This document shows positions 28,693 through 38,705 of a stretch of 64,000 bases of DNA, piece after piece. Under the pieces are notes generated by a model. That model was not told the origin of the DNA, made no database searches, and saw nothing but the letters and a program-made list of their open reading frames with translations. Origin of the DNA: a virus. Taxonomy: Duplodnaviria > Caudoviricetes. The stretch spans positions 32,001 through 96,000 of the IMG/VR virus record IMGVR_UViG_3300014205_000172. One strand, 5' to 3'. Position numbers and translations under genes: made by a program. Within the stretch, counting starts at the first letter, position 1. Every line of letters starts with the position of its first letter.

Positions 28693-29154
28693 ATGTCGTC
28701 CAAAGAAATCTCTCCACGGATTCGCGAAATTGCTGATGCACTGAAAGTCGGCGCCAGTGTCGATTCCGATACTGGCCTGGCTGTACTGACCGCCGCTCCC
28801 GATGTCTTCGCCCAATACCTCGCCACCGGCATCACCCTGGACACCGTCCTGCAAGTGCATGACGCCGGTATCGAATACGCCGAAGCCACCACCCTGGCCC
28901 ACGGCGAGCTGCAACAAGACGCCATGGTCAAGAACCCTGAGCTGCAGAAAGGCCAGACCACCGTCAAGTTCGGCCACCACCAGATCGAATCGACCTACCG
29001 TCGCAAAGCTTCCGGCGTTGCCATGGGCAAGCCATGGGAAAAGTTCGGCATCGCCACCACCGACGTGCTGATCGCCTCCGGTCGCAAGAAAGGCGGCTAC
29101 AACACCGTAGTTGGCTACCTGGGCGACGAAGCGGCCAAAGTCTTCGCTAACTAA
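28693..29154 (+). CDS. hypothetical protein (153 aa), probably highly expressed
   Basis: TAAGGA SD; strongly C-ending codons like chmA and phuZ; own promoter motif and downstream hairpin. Confidence 0.85.
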   Translation: MSSKEISPRIREIADALKVGASVDSDTGLAVLTAAPDVFAQYLATGITLDTVLQVHDAGIEYAEATTLAHGELQQDAMVKNPELQKGQTTVKFGHHQIESTYRRKASGVAMGKPWEKFGIATTDVLIASGRKKGGYNTVVGYLGDEAAKVFAN

Positions 29155-29170
29155 GCGCCGGCTTGATCGA

Positions 29171-29216
29171 TATACAGCCGGGGTCATTCCCGGCTGTATG
29201 CCGTCTCTTTATTTTT
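29171..29216 (+). terminator. hairpin of the TATG-flanked family, terminator-like
   Basis: TATACAGCCGGG-GTCATT-CCCGGCTGTATG followed by a T-rich tract. Confidence 0.65.
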
Positions 29217-29228
29217 AGAGGGTTTGTA

Positions 29229-29825
29229 ATGGCTATCGTGATTACAGTGGATACCGAGGAAGAGAAGCAACAGGTCCTGGAAGCCTCACGCCACTTCCAT
29301 GATTTCAATATCGACACAGACATTCCCATGGTGATGATTCTGTCTCATCTGCATATGGCTCCACATCTGGTGGTCGTGAACCCAAGCGATGAGCTGAAAG
29401 ATAAGCGCACTGTCGAACTGCTTCAGCATCTCCACGGTGAACATCAGAAGGATGTTAATTGGAGTGAGATCACTAACCCACCGGCTATAAAACCAAGCGT
29501 GCTGATAGTCACCGATGACATTGACAAGGGTAACGCGTTCGCTAAGCAAAAGTTTCCTGATCTCGAAGTTCTGCTTATCAACCCCTTTCTAAAACTAGAC
29601 GGGTATGAGCAAGAAAAGGTTATTCTTTTGGTTATCCCTCAAGAAGATGTTTGGACGTTTAAAGGGACTTACGCTTCAGAAGAAAAGAAAATCGAATGGT
29701 TTAAAGCCTCAATCTTTCATCAAGAGGTTGGGATTCTGAATCGTTATCTTTCGTCTCTATTTATCCCATATTTCAACCACTGCTGCGTACTGGTAGCTGG
29801 TAAAGAAGATTCATTCGCCCTCTAA
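29229..29825 (+). CDS. hypothetical protein (198 aa)
   Basis: Start moved to ATG 29229 after GAGGG. Confidence 0.7.
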   Translation: MAIVITVDTEEEKQQVLEASRHFHDFNIDTDIPMVMILSHLHMAPHLVVVNPSDELKDKRTVELLQHLHGEHQKDVNWSEITNPPAIKPSVLIVTDDIDKGNAFAKQKFPDLEVLLINPFLKLDGYEQEKVILLVIPQEDVWTFKGTYASEEKKIEWFKASIFHQEVGILNRYLSSLFIPYFNHCCVLVAGKEDSFAL

Positions 29826-29839
29826 CAAGGATTACGCCT

Positions 29840-30157
29840 ATGTCCCGCCAATCTCGTTATGATGCATCCTTTCCCGCCCTGGAGAAACGCATCTTAGAAA
29901 CCTTAGGAATCTCTGTGGTATTCCGCCTTGATCCTACAGCTGAAGTGTTCGCAGACCAGCGTGAAATCATTGCTGCGTTGAAGACCAGTCACACCGTGTC
30001 GATTGCACGCAAAAAACTGATCAAGCTTCTGGCCGATGGCGGCTTCGGTCATCGTGGTCAGGCAAACAACTGGATTCTTAATGCGAACCACATCGTGTTT
30101 ATCGGCACTGATGGCCGGCAGCATGGTGGCGGTCAGACTCTTTGGTCCGGCATCTAG
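29840..30157 (+). CDS. hypothetical protein (105 aa)
   Basis: AAGGA SD; followed by a terminator. Confidence 0.75.
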   Translation: MSRQSRYDASFPALEKRILETLGISVVFRLDPTAEVFADQREIIAALKTSHTVSIARKKLIKLLADGGFGHRGQANNWILNANHIVFIGTDGRQHGGGQTLWSGI

Positions 30158-30172
30158 CCGCAGCTGAAACAG

Positions 30173-30214
30173 ATACCAGAGCTTCGGCTCTGGTGTTACC
30201 TCTTTCTTTTTTTT
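30173..30214 (+). terminator. intrinsic terminator
   Basis: ATACCAGAGC-TTCG-GCTCTGGTGT followed by a T-run. Confidence 0.8.
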
Positions 30215-30226
30215 GTCTAATTACAG

Positions 30227-30257
30227 CATATAGCCCGGCATTGCGCCGGGCTATATG
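30227..30257. repeat. CATA-stem-GCAAT-stem-TATG palindrome (loop reads GCAAT on the minus strand)
   Basis: CATATAGCCCGGC-ATTGC-GCCGGGCTATATG, just downstream of the minus-strand tail tube gene. Confidence 0.85.
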
Positions 30258-30267
30258 TTTGTTCGCG

Positions 30268-31137
30268 TTACGGCGAGATCTGGGTACGCTTGAGCTGGTT
30301 GATCTGTTCGTGGAAACCGGTTTGAATGGAAGCCACGTTCGAATCTACAGCTTTCACGAAGTTCGGCTGGTACTGTGGATCGATGTTGCCGACCCGAGCA
30401 GCGTCCATGAACCCCTTCGCCAGCAGGTCTACCGCGTAACCCACTTTCTGATACCCGGTCCAGGTCAGGTTGTAGGTCACGGTCTCACCATCGCCCTGGA
30501 GGACTTTCTGCGAGGTGTTCTCACCGATGTCGTCACGAGGCCAGAAGTTGGTGATGAGGTAGGCGTTCTGAGGCGTCTTCCACAGGCGATCTGGTTCGTA
30601 GAACAGGATGGTGCCACCGTACATGTCAGCCAGGTGATCAGTAAACGAACTGTTCACCCCAGCCAGCAATGGGTGGATCACGTCCGGATCGCCGATGGTG
30701 TAGCGAACCATGTCTTCCAGGAAACGAATGACAGGCTTGCCGTATTTCTCGACGATGGTCGAACTGACCTGCGAACGTGCACGCGACACGCGACCTGGTG
30801 TACTGAAGACCTCACCCGAGTTACCGATCTGGGTATCCTGCGCCGACACGTTCAGTGTACGGTTCAGACCACCCCAGCCCTGCATCCAGGTTTCGATCAA
30901 CATCTTGTACGCAGCAACGTACGCTGCGCCGTTCGGCATCAGAGCCAAAGCCGTCGGTGCCTGAATCACTTTGGCAATGAGGTTTGGCTTGATGAAATCC
31001 GTCATCGACGGATAGAACGCCATGTCATGCAAGTACCCGTTAGGGCCTTGCACAGCAAGGTTGGTCACAGGAGTCTGTGACCGAGCGCCATACGCTTTGT
31101 TCGTCAAACTGTCTTTATAACGGGTTGTGCTGCTCAT
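30268..31137 (-). CDS. tail tube protein (phiKZ gp30-like)
   Basis: 289 aa, directly downstream of the sheath with an ATGA overlap; EKYGKPV, TILFYEPD and NFWPR. Confidence 0.8.
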   Translation of the reverse strand: MSSTTRYKDSLTNKAYGARSQTPVTNLAVQGPNGYLHDMAFYPSMTDFIKPNLIAKVIQAPTALALMPNGAAYVAAYKMLIETWMQGWGGLNRTLNVSAQDTQIGNSGEVFSTPGRVSRARSQVSSTIVEKYGKPVIRFLEDMVRYTIGDPDVIHPLLAGVNSSFTDHLADMYGGTILFYEPDRLWKTPQNAYLITNFWPRDDIGENTSQKVLQGDGETVTYNLTWTGYQKVGYAVDLLAKGFMDAARVGNIDPQYQPNFVKAVDSNVASIQTGFHEQINQLKRTQISP

Positions 31138-33212
31138 GCTTCACCCTCCGAAGCGTTACGGCGGCGCTGGGCGATAATCTGAAGACGTTCGACAGTCTTC
31201 ATGTTCTGACCCGCCATGCCGATGTCCAAATGCCACGAGAACCCACCGGCATCTTCCGCGTTGTAATACGCGTTTGGTGTGACGTCAACGCGACCGTCAT
31301 ACTTGCCAGTTGTTTTCTGAGTGACTTTGGCGTTCACGTCATCCAGGAACACATCGTCCGGAGTTTCATCATCGCCGGCCTGCTCGCGCCACACAATGTT
31401 ACCAATGCGGGTCAAGTTGCAAGCGATCACTACGTTCAGGTACGAGTGCAGGATCGAGGTGTGGTTTTCGTGGATCGACTGCACACCAGGCCAGAACAGA
31501 CGGCTCATGTCGTAGCCGATAGCCAGGTTCAGACCGTTGTTCCAGTCTGGGTTACGGGCTTCGTCGGTACGGAATCGCACGTTGTGATCACGATAACGGG
31601 TGATGGTCGTTTTCTCGCCCTTGCCGAAGCTGTAGGCCGATTTCATCTCGCCATCTTCTGCACCCAGGTATTTGGCACCCAGGATCAACAGATATTCCAT
31701 GAACGGAACCAGGCCGTCATAGTCATCGTTAATCAGGTATCCGGCATTACCGGTGAAGCACACGCGGGTGGTCGGAGTGCCGGAATCGGTACTTTCTACC
31801 AGGCTGCGGAACGTCGAGCGAAGCGTGATGCCGATCGAGGCATCTTCTTCAGGCGTGTTCAGACGCTTCAGCACGTCTTGGGTGCAGATGTGAGGCATGA
31901 CATCAGGACGCAGGTTGTGGAACGCTGCGAACTTCAGCTTGGTTGCCACCGGGAAACCCGAGTCGAACACGGAGTCGTACGGCATCAGCGCGATCGACGC
32001 ATATGGCACGTCAGACGAACTGAGATCGGTCAACAGGGTATCAACAACCTGGTTGTATGCCTCAGTGCTGGTATCGCCGTCAGCACCACCCAACATGTAG
32101 TGGTTGGACGATTCGCCGAACATCAGGCCGCCTTTATCAGGACCTTCAACCGACAGCGTGTGATACGGATTGCCGTTGATATCAACACCGGTGAGGAAGT
32201 TGATCATGTCAGGCGAAGTTGGGGTAGTGTTCCCCAGGTGCGCGTCTTCAGCCGCAGCGATCAGAGTCAACATCTCGGTGATCGAAGCGTTATAGACGTG
32301 CAGCTTTTCCAACGGGCCGAAACTTGTGAAGGTCAACGGATCGGTGGACTCGTACGCCGGAATGATCACCTTATCGGCCGAATACTGCAGCCCGGTGCTT
32401 TTGTTAATGGTGCCTTTCTTGAACGTGAAGTCAATAGTGGCCGCGTTGTTGATCGTACGGATCTGTGTGGCAGTCGATGCCGAATCAGCGCGTTGAACGA
32501 ACTGCATGGTGTACACATACGAACCAACAGCGGCATGCACGGTTTCATCAGCCGGGGTGCTGGAGTTGATAGTACGAGCGATCAGACGACTACCGAGGTT
32601 GTTGCCTTTGTCGCCTTCGAATCGAGCGGCTTCGTCCATTACTGGATAAAGAGTCGACACACCACCATCGATGCTGGACACCAGAGTGCCATTGCTTTTT
32701 GCCGCAGCGCCAAACGTTGACTCGCCGGTTTCGCTGTTTGGAAGGATATCGAGCTTGCGGTGTTGCAGGCGGTAACCCAGGGCGGTAGTACCGGTAGGAA
32801 TTTTGTTCCCTTGGGCGTCGAACCGCAGGCTGTTGTCAGCGTTACGTTCATACAGCGGGATCTGGTCAGCGACCAGATCTACTGCGAAACGAGCGTGGGC
32901 TTGTTTAGCCCCCGGCATTTTCATGCGGACGGTCAGAGCCTTACCAGTGTTCGACAATTGCGAACGCAGGAACAGCGACTGGTGGTTGAACCACTTGGAC
33001 AGAGGCTGCAAAGTTTCTGCACCGTAGTACGTGGTGACGGCGGCCGTGTCGACATAACGAGCACGATCGTATTCACCCCACGGGGCGTTTACCAGGAACA
33101 GCGGCAAACGAATCGGGAGGCTTTCTGCTGGTGCCACGATCGGCACTGGCGTGTCATCTTTGATGCCCTTGTTAATCACACGAGGCAATGAACTGCTCGT
33201 TGGTACGGTCAT
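31134..33212 (-). CDS. contractile tail sheath protein (phiKZ gp29-like)
   Basis: 692 aa from ATG 33212 (GGGAG SD); VINKGIKD, MLGGADGD, FDSGFP and LFWPGVQS; upstream of the tube gene. Confidence 0.85.
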   Translation of the reverse strand: MTVPTSSSLPRVINKGIKDDTPVPIVAPAESLPIRLPLFLVNAPWGEYDRARYVDTAAVTTYYGAETLQPLSKWFNHQSLFLRSQLSNTGKALTVRMKMPGAKQAHARFAVDLVADQIPLYERNADNSLRFDAQGNKIPTGTTALGYRLQHRKLDILPNSETGESTFGAAAKSNGTLVSSIDGGVSTLYPVMDEAARFEGDKGNNLGSRLIARTINSSTPADETVHAAVGSYVYTMQFVQRADSASTATQIRTINNAATIDFTFKKGTINKSTGLQYSADKVIIPAYESTDPLTFTSFGPLEKLHVYNASITEMLTLIAAAEDAHLGNTTPTSPDMINFLTGVDINGNPYHTLSVEGPDKGGLMFGESSNHYMLGGADGDTSTEAYNQVVDTLLTDLSSSDVPYASIALMPYDSVFDSGFPVATKLKFAAFHNLRPDVMPHICTQDVLKRLNTPEEDASIGITLRSTFRSLVESTDSGTPTTRVCFTGNAGYLINDDYDGLVPFMEYLLILGAKYLGAEDGEMKSAYSFGKGEKTTITRYRDHNVRFRTDEARNPDWNNGLNLAIGYDMSRLFWPGVQSIHENHTSILHSYLNVVIACNLTRIGNIVWREQAGDDETPDDVFLDDVNAKVTQKTTGKYDGRVDVTPNAYYNAEDAGGFSWHLDIGMAGQNMKTVERLQIIAQRRRNASEGEA

Positions 33213-33355
33213 GGTGTTACTCCCGAGTGGATTCTGCGCAGAACCTTTCAAGGATGGTATGGTTAGCTGTCTCCCAGCGGAGTCAGCATACTATTTTGTT
33301 TTTTACAGGGTGTCTTTGGTAATTATTTATTTCGTGTATATAGGAGACAAGAGCA

Positions 33356-34255
33356 ATGTTCGAAACCCCATACCAGACGACCCCATGCGTCAGATTCGTC
33401 ATGGATAAAACCCACGCAGCTATTCGCCGTTTGGAAATTGAGGATCAGTTACTCACACTTGAAGGATCAGTGACTGGCGTTAAAGCCGTTCCTCCAGGTG
33501 AGCAAGGTTTTCCTCCCTTCGGCCAACCCATTACCTCTAAGCAAATTGCTTCACTTCAAGCACCCTGTGTCATCGACGGTCGTCAGCTGTTTCGCAATGA
33601 TGGACGACCTGTCTTACAAAACGTTGTTGACCACGCTATTTTGAACGCTGATCTTACCACCCTTTGGTTCCGTGACGGTGCGCCGTTTCGAAAAGACCTC
33701 TTGAACCTAGGTGCATTCCCCATCAAAGTATTCTCTAACTGGATGGGTAATCGGATCGCGCTGGGTCTGTCACTGGACTTCGGTCAAGCCAGTATCGTCA
33801 AAGCGATGATCTGCGTTTACTACATCCAGATGTGTACACCTTTGTCAGATCATCCTACCGCCGATGAGATTGAGCGGCTCATTATCCGTGCTGCTCGCTC
33901 CATTCCCGGTGTGGACGCCAATACATTGCAAAACGTATTGGGTGAGATTCCTAAACTCACCGACCTGAAAAGTTTTGTGGATTGGGTTCACGAAAAACTT
34001 GATACCCCTCGTGCTGAACAACTCAACATCGGTTTCATTTATACGGCGTTGGGATTCAGCTGGGGCGTGCAGTATCGTGAAATGGTTGCCATCGCTTTGG
34101 AATACCCACCTACCTTTATTGCGCTTCTTTTCTCCTCGGTAAATGACCGTGGTTTCAAGAAGACCAGTTTGGGCAAGGTGGTTGAGAACCTTGTCTCGCG
34201 TGGCGACGACCAGGAATTTATCAAGAACGTGAATCACCTTATCGGCCGGAGATAA
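33356..34255 (+). CDS. virion structural protein (phiKZ gp28-like)
   Basis: AGGAG SD; divergent from the sheath; first of three genes before the terminase. Confidence 0.65.
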   Translation: MFETPYQTTPCVRFVMDKTHAAIRRLEIEDQLLTLEGSVTGVKAVPPGEQGFPPFGQPITSKQIASLQAPCVIDGRQLFRNDGRPVLQNVVDHAILNADLTTLWFRDGAPFRKDLLNLGAFPIKVFSNWMGNRIALGLSLDFGQASIVKAMICVYYIQMCTPLSDHPTADEIERLIIRAARSIPGVDANTLQNVLGEIPKLTDLKSFVDWVHEKLDTPRAEQLNIGFIYTALGFSWGVQYREMVAIALEYPPTFIALLFSSVNDRGFKKTSLGKVVENLVSRGDDQEFIKNVNHLIGRR

Positions 34256-34258
34256 TCA

Positions 34259-36883
34259 ATGGTCAGTTCAACCGACTTTTTGGTAGACGACGCATATCGT
34301 CGAGTCTGGTGCAGCCCTGAACAAGACCGTCAGAAAATCGTCGGTCCTAAGCGCTTCAGTAAACGCCAGGGTGAGATCGGCAATGTAAAGATTGGCATGC
34401 GTCAGTACAACATGCCGACCACTGGACAATGGTATCACTTATTCATGATTGGGGATCTGCTGCCTGAACAAGTCGGCATGAACACCATCGTGGATAAGTG
34501 GGTAATGGTGCAAGGGCATTGCAATGCAACCTCATTGCTAGTCAACCTTTATACCGACAAAGGGATGCACATTCCTTTACACCGGGCGTACTTTCTGTAT
34601 ACCCGATCGGGGGCGTTGGTCTTAGCCATTCTGGACAGTCCGAAGATTGCTCATTTCGGACTGATACAGCCGTGGATCAGGTGGCGCAGTAACGCATGGT
34701 TCGACAGTGGCGCTGTTCCAAAGAATGGTGGTATTGAAATCAATGGTCTTTCGCCAAAAACCGAAGCTGAGTTTTATCAGTTCCAAGCAACCTACCGCGC
34801 GGCACAGGCGAAGATTGGGTACACCTGGGCTTTTGTAAACGGGGTAAGGGTCAAGGATCTAAACTTGACTACGCTTGTTTTGGGCGATTACGTGGAGTTT
34901 GTGCGCGATGCTTCAGTTAAGGAAGTACTGGAGATTCCGGTCAAGGATCTCAAAAGTTTCGATAGTCTCCTGGATAATCGAGGAAAGTATCTTTTGCCTC
35001 GTCCGGGTCTGGGCAGTGTTATTGATTACGCTGATGACATTGACATCTACGTTCTGAACTATTCACTGCCCGCCAAGTATACAGGATTTTACTACAACCA
35101 GAATCAGATTGATGCCGTACGTAACGTCACCCACCGTGACTTCGCCATTGCTCAAATGTATTTGAGGAAGGGTATCGAGGAATACTGGCAATGGAGTTAC
35201 TTAGGCGATTTGCGGATTGAAGTGATCGTCAGACACAGCGGCTGGATTCGGGAATTGGTTGATGAGGCTCATCGGATCAAAGAGTTGTTTAAGCTCGATG
35301 AAGATGAGCGCCTGAAGGTCATGTTGACCTCGGTAGCTGGCGTCGATGTATGGCGCGCCGATAACCTTGAGAACAGTGCTTATCCTGCGATCATGCGGGC
35401 AGAGGACGGCAAGATCACTCGCCAGATGGTGGAAGATGCTTATGGTTATAATGCCATGAGTCGTCTGATCGGTGATACGCCTTTTAAACTGGCGGTCAGT
35501 GAGAAGTGGGTGAAGTTACCCTTTGGTCTGATTGGTACGGCTACTGTTTACGAGTATGACCAGGCTGGGTTGTTGACAGGTTGGTATCTGCACGACAACT
35601 CCATCGAGTACCCTGTGCGTAACACTTCGACGCGATATATCGAAGCGTACAGTGGTAAAGGCGGTCTTGGGTTGAGTACGGTCTACGACACGAAAACGGT
35701 CCCATTGGAATTTGGTGTTGACTACAGGTTCTACATCTGCAACATCGCCAACGGTGTATCGCTGAACAACTGGACTGACTGCACGGGTGACCTGACCAAG
35801 TACTCGATCGCCAACGGTGTCGTCACATGGGGGGTTGATTTAAAGACTCATCACGTAGCCGTCAAGAACAGCAAGGACTTCCTGTCCTACTCGTTTGATG
35901 TTAATTACCGAGATGACCTGTTGGCATTCTCTGTAAACGTTAACGAGATCAAAGTGGGTACTACCCCAGCGCCTGGAATCATGGACATCCCACCGGGCGA
36001 ATTTGATCTGTTCATGAACAAACATGGTCTTGTCGAAGGAATCGACTACTACGTTGAATGGCCGATGATCTGCGTGTGTGCTAAACAGTACATGGTCGAT
36101 GGCCCCATCCAGGAGTTCGTGGTTCGCGGAAGAGGGTTCCCTCACAAGGACCTATCCCGGTATGTTCCTAAAGACTTTGGCTTTGTGAAGTACGGCGAAC
36201 TCAGCCACAATGGTCGGTTTAATGTGCGTGACGATAAGGTGACGCGTATTGAGATTGGCGGTGCGCTGTATAGCCGTGATGAAGTCGGGTTTACGGAAGA
36301 TGGGACCACTGTAGCGGTCGATGTCCGCAATGGCACGCCGTACCGCATCACCCACCCCATCATTTCAATGCAGGGACTGGCAGTCAAGGATACCTACACA
36401 TTGCTGGCTGAAGCTGAGGTTACTGACAAAGCGGTGGAGGATTACCTGACAATGCTGTTGCCGGAACCCGTAGAGCCATTGCCTGACGCGATCATCAACG
36501 GCTGGTACCCGGTCTTCAGCCCGTTTGCAACAAAACTTATCTTTGACATGCTCAACGGCATCTTGCCGATGGATGAGTTTAAGGATGAGTATTCCAAAGA
36601 CTGGCTGAAACAGCGACTGATTGGTTATACGTGGATCTTGCCATTCGATCCGGCGCTTAAAACCGTTGATACCAATTACGTCATCATTCACCCGCATCCT
36701 GAAAATGGTGTGATTGAACTGAATGTGTACCAGTACCGGCTTTTGGAAAGGGCCATCGATGTGTTTTTGGGTGGTGGTATCGAACTTAACCGCCGGCTGG
36801 TTATCGTCGAGGAAGGGTTCGAGCACTATCAGGAAGATCACCCTCATCCTCACCGCACCTGGGCTGAGTTGGGGCTTTCTTAA
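34259..36883 (+). CDS. virion structural protein (phiKZ gp27-like), 874 aa
   Basis: N-terminal VWCSPEQDRQ; size and synteny. Confidence 0.7.
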   Translation: MVSSTDFLVDDAYRRVWCSPEQDRQKIVGPKRFSKRQGEIGNVKIGMRQYNMPTTGQWYHLFMIGDLLPEQVGMNTIVDKWVMVQGHCNATSLLVNLYTDKGMHIPLHRAYFLYTRSGALVLAILDSPKIAHFGLIQPWIRWRSNAWFDSGAVPKNGGIEINGLSPKTEAEFYQFQATYRAAQAKIGYTWAFVNGVRVKDLNLTTLVLGDYVEFVRDASVKEVLEIPVKDLKSFDSLLDNRGKYLLPRPGLGSVIDYADDIDIYVLNYSLPAKYTGFYYNQNQIDAVRNVTHRDFAIAQMYLRKGIEEYWQWSYLGDLRIEVIVRHSGWIRELVDEAHRIKELFKLDEDERLKVMLTSVAGVDVWRADNLENSAYPAIMRAEDGKITRQMVEDAYGYNAMSRLIGDTPFKLAVSEKWVKLPFGLIGTATVYEYDQAGLLTGWYLHDNSIEYPVRNTSTRYIEAYSGKGGLGLSTVYDTKTVPLEFGVDYRFYICNIANGVSLNNWTDCTGDLTKYSIANGVVTWGVDLKTHHVAVKNSKDFLSYSFDVNYRDDLLAFSVNVNEIKVGTTPAPGIMDIPPGEFDLFMNKHGLVEGIDYYVEWPMICVCAKQYMVDGPIQEFVVRGRGFPHKDLSRYVPKDFGFVKYGELSHNGRFNVRDDKVTRIEIGGALYSRDEVGFTEDGTTVAVDVRNGTPYRITHPIISMQGLAVKDTYTLLAEAEVTDKAVEDYLTMLLPEPVEPLPDAIINGWYPVFSPFATKLIFDMLNGILPMDEFKDEYSKDWLKQRLIGYTWILPFDPALKTVDTNYVIIHPHPENGVIELNVYQYRLLERAIDVFLGGGIELNRRLVIVEEGFEHYQEDHPHPHRTWAELGLS

Positions 36884-36889
36884 ATCCAC

Positions 36890-36909
36890 ATGGGAGGGTA
36901 ACCTCCCAT
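36890..36909. repeat. GNRA-capped hairpin ATGGGAGG-GTAA-CCTCCCAT
   Basis: Same stem as the hairpin at 38657-38680; no T-run. Confidence 0.7.
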
Positions 36910-36928
36910 CGTACCGAGTCAAACAAAC

Positions 36929-38647
36929 ATGGCTGATATTAAAAAGCTGCTGAGTAACGGCGATACGGTCATCATTCCTGATCGCGCTAACACTGTGCTC
37001 AATTTGCAAGATTTGTACAAGTATCGGCTGGTAGATAGCGGTGCTGAAATCATCCGCGGAGCGGGTAACATCGTCCCCAAACAGGATGACTTGATTTACG
37101 ACTACTCGATTGGTTTGATGCGTTCCGCTCGGGTCGATGAGTCTGATTATCATGTTGATTTGGTTGTGTGGAAGTTACCAAGTAACTCTGGCGACGTGTC
37201 CGGTCAAGATGAATTGCTAGGCGAAGGTCCTGGTTCTCAGAGCGAGAGCTATCGCGTCATGGTTGACACGCGTAAGTTCCCTTACACTTTGGATATCAAC
37301 TCACGGATGAGGGCGTACTCCGACACCGCCAAAGAAATCATTGTGTTCAGAGGCTCGGACCCATCTCCAACCGGCGAGATCATTTCGGCTAACTATGACC
37401 CAGCGACTAAAGAGTATCTGGGTCCCGCTATCCCAATGAAGCTGGTGGGTACAGTTGAGGTGAACAACCTCGGCATCATGGCGCCAGTGTCCGGCTACAC
37501 AACCGCCGAGTTGAAGAATGGTGCTCCAGTTACAGTGGTGACGTACAACACCGCAGGTTCGCCAATCGACATTGCTCGCATGCTGGTCCATTTGACAAAC
37601 GTGGTTCGACATCCTGACGACTACTCGAAACGCGTTAAGTCGATTGAGCTCATCAGTCCGTATCTGTCTAAGACAGAGCCTGGCGTGTTGGAAGTGCCGA
37701 TTGACGCAACTGTGGCTACGCTGTCGCTGCGTGCGATGGTAACGTATACCAACGGCGTGACAAGCATTCAAGACGTCGTAGACGAGAACGCAAACGGCAA
37801 GTTCAAACTGCTGAGTCTGATGTACTGGTCTCCGCAGATTCCGGGCGATGAACAAACGCTTGAACTGATCTACGAACTGTCCGAAGGTGAAGAATATTCT
37901 TACCTCCAAGGCGAGACTGCCAATGGCGCGGTTCGTGTTCCGTACAAGATCCGCGCAATCGCCAAGAACCCAGCGTTCACCCTGAAGCTGTTCTCCTATC
38001 CTGTTTGGAAGAACTCGACTCAGGGCTATGTGCTTGAGCACTGGATCTGTGACCTTGCCCGTCAGGTAACCCGTCGTGCTCCTTCGGCAGCCATATCGCT
38101 GGTGGACGGCTTCGGTGCGTTTGACGGACTTGATTACCTGAGCACCCAACGCATTCGTTTTGGCGTTGATTTGTCTGTTGTAGATCAGGCTTACGCAGGT
38201 CACACGTTTGCCCAGTTGGTGCAGATCTCGTTGCTGCGTGATGCGGGGATTTCTGGCACGACTAACTGGAAAGTCAAGTTCTCCGGCAACCAGGCCAATT
38301 GGTATGGTGACTCCCTGCAAGCCAGTGTGACCGCAGCGGGCTCGGGTCTGTCTACCATCAATGTGGGTAACGACCTGGGTGATCAAGCCACCTGGTTTGA
38401 TAAAGTCTATTACAACAGCGCTCCTTTGTACGATATCCAAACTGAAAACAAAGCGCCTGAACCGACCCACTTCGTGGTCGTCACTAAAACACGGGAGTTT
38501 GAATTCCCTGTGTCGCAGTGGAACCAGAACCTGACGTTCGTTAACGATTTGACCGAAGGTCAGGTTGTTTACCTTAAATGGATCAAACGTACGTTTAACT
38601 CTGTTCTGCAACTGGGCGTGAGTGGTTTGATCGTTCACGGGGTTTAA
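36929..38647 (+). CDS. virion structural protein (phiKZ gp26-like), 572 aa
   Basis: Beta-rich composition; directly upstream of the terminase. Confidence 0.7.
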   Translation: MADIKKLLSNGDTVIIPDRANTVLNLQDLYKYRLVDSGAEIIRGAGNIVPKQDDLIYDYSIGLMRSARVDESDYHVDLVVWKLPSNSGDVSGQDELLGEGPGSQSESYRVMVDTRKFPYTLDINSRMRAYSDTAKEIIVFRGSDPSPTGEIISANYDPATKEYLGPAIPMKLVGTVEVNNLGIMAPVSGYTTAELKNGAPVTVVTYNTAGSPIDIARMLVHLTNVVRHPDDYSKRVKSIELISPYLSKTEPGVLEVPIDATVATLSLRAMVTYTNGVTSIQDVVDENANGKFKLLSLMYWSPQIPGDEQTLELIYELSEGEEYSYLQGETANGAVRVPYKIRAIAKNPAFTLKLFSYPVWKNSTQGYVLEHWICDLARQVTRRAPSAAISLVDGFGAFDGLDYLSTQRIRFGVDLSVVDQAYAGHTFAQLVQISLLRDAGISGTTNWKVKFSGNQANWYGDSLQASVTAAGSGLSTINVGNDLGDQATWFDKVYYNSAPLYDIQTENKAPEPTHFVVVTKTREFEFPVSQWNQNLTFVNDLTEGQVVYLKWIKRTFNSVLQLGVSGLIVHGV

Positions 38648-38656
38648 ATGTCTCAG

Positions 38657-38680
38657 CCATGGGAGGGCGACCTCCCATGG
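38657..38680. repeat. GNRA-capped hairpin CCATGGGAGG-GCGA-CCTCCCATGG
   Basis: Perfect 10-bp stem, followed by TATG (38688-38691) and the terminase SD. Confidence 0.7.
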
Positions 38681-38705
38681 TCGTTACTATGCCGCAGGAG
38701 CATTC

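Noticed and set aside
30142-32720. Plus-strand ORFs of 312 and 547 aa opposite the tube and sheath genes
   Set aside because: Shadow ORFs; the minus-strand genes carry the motifs, SD and synteny.
37301-38638. 445-aa minus-strand ORF
   Set aside because: Shadow of the gp26-like gene.
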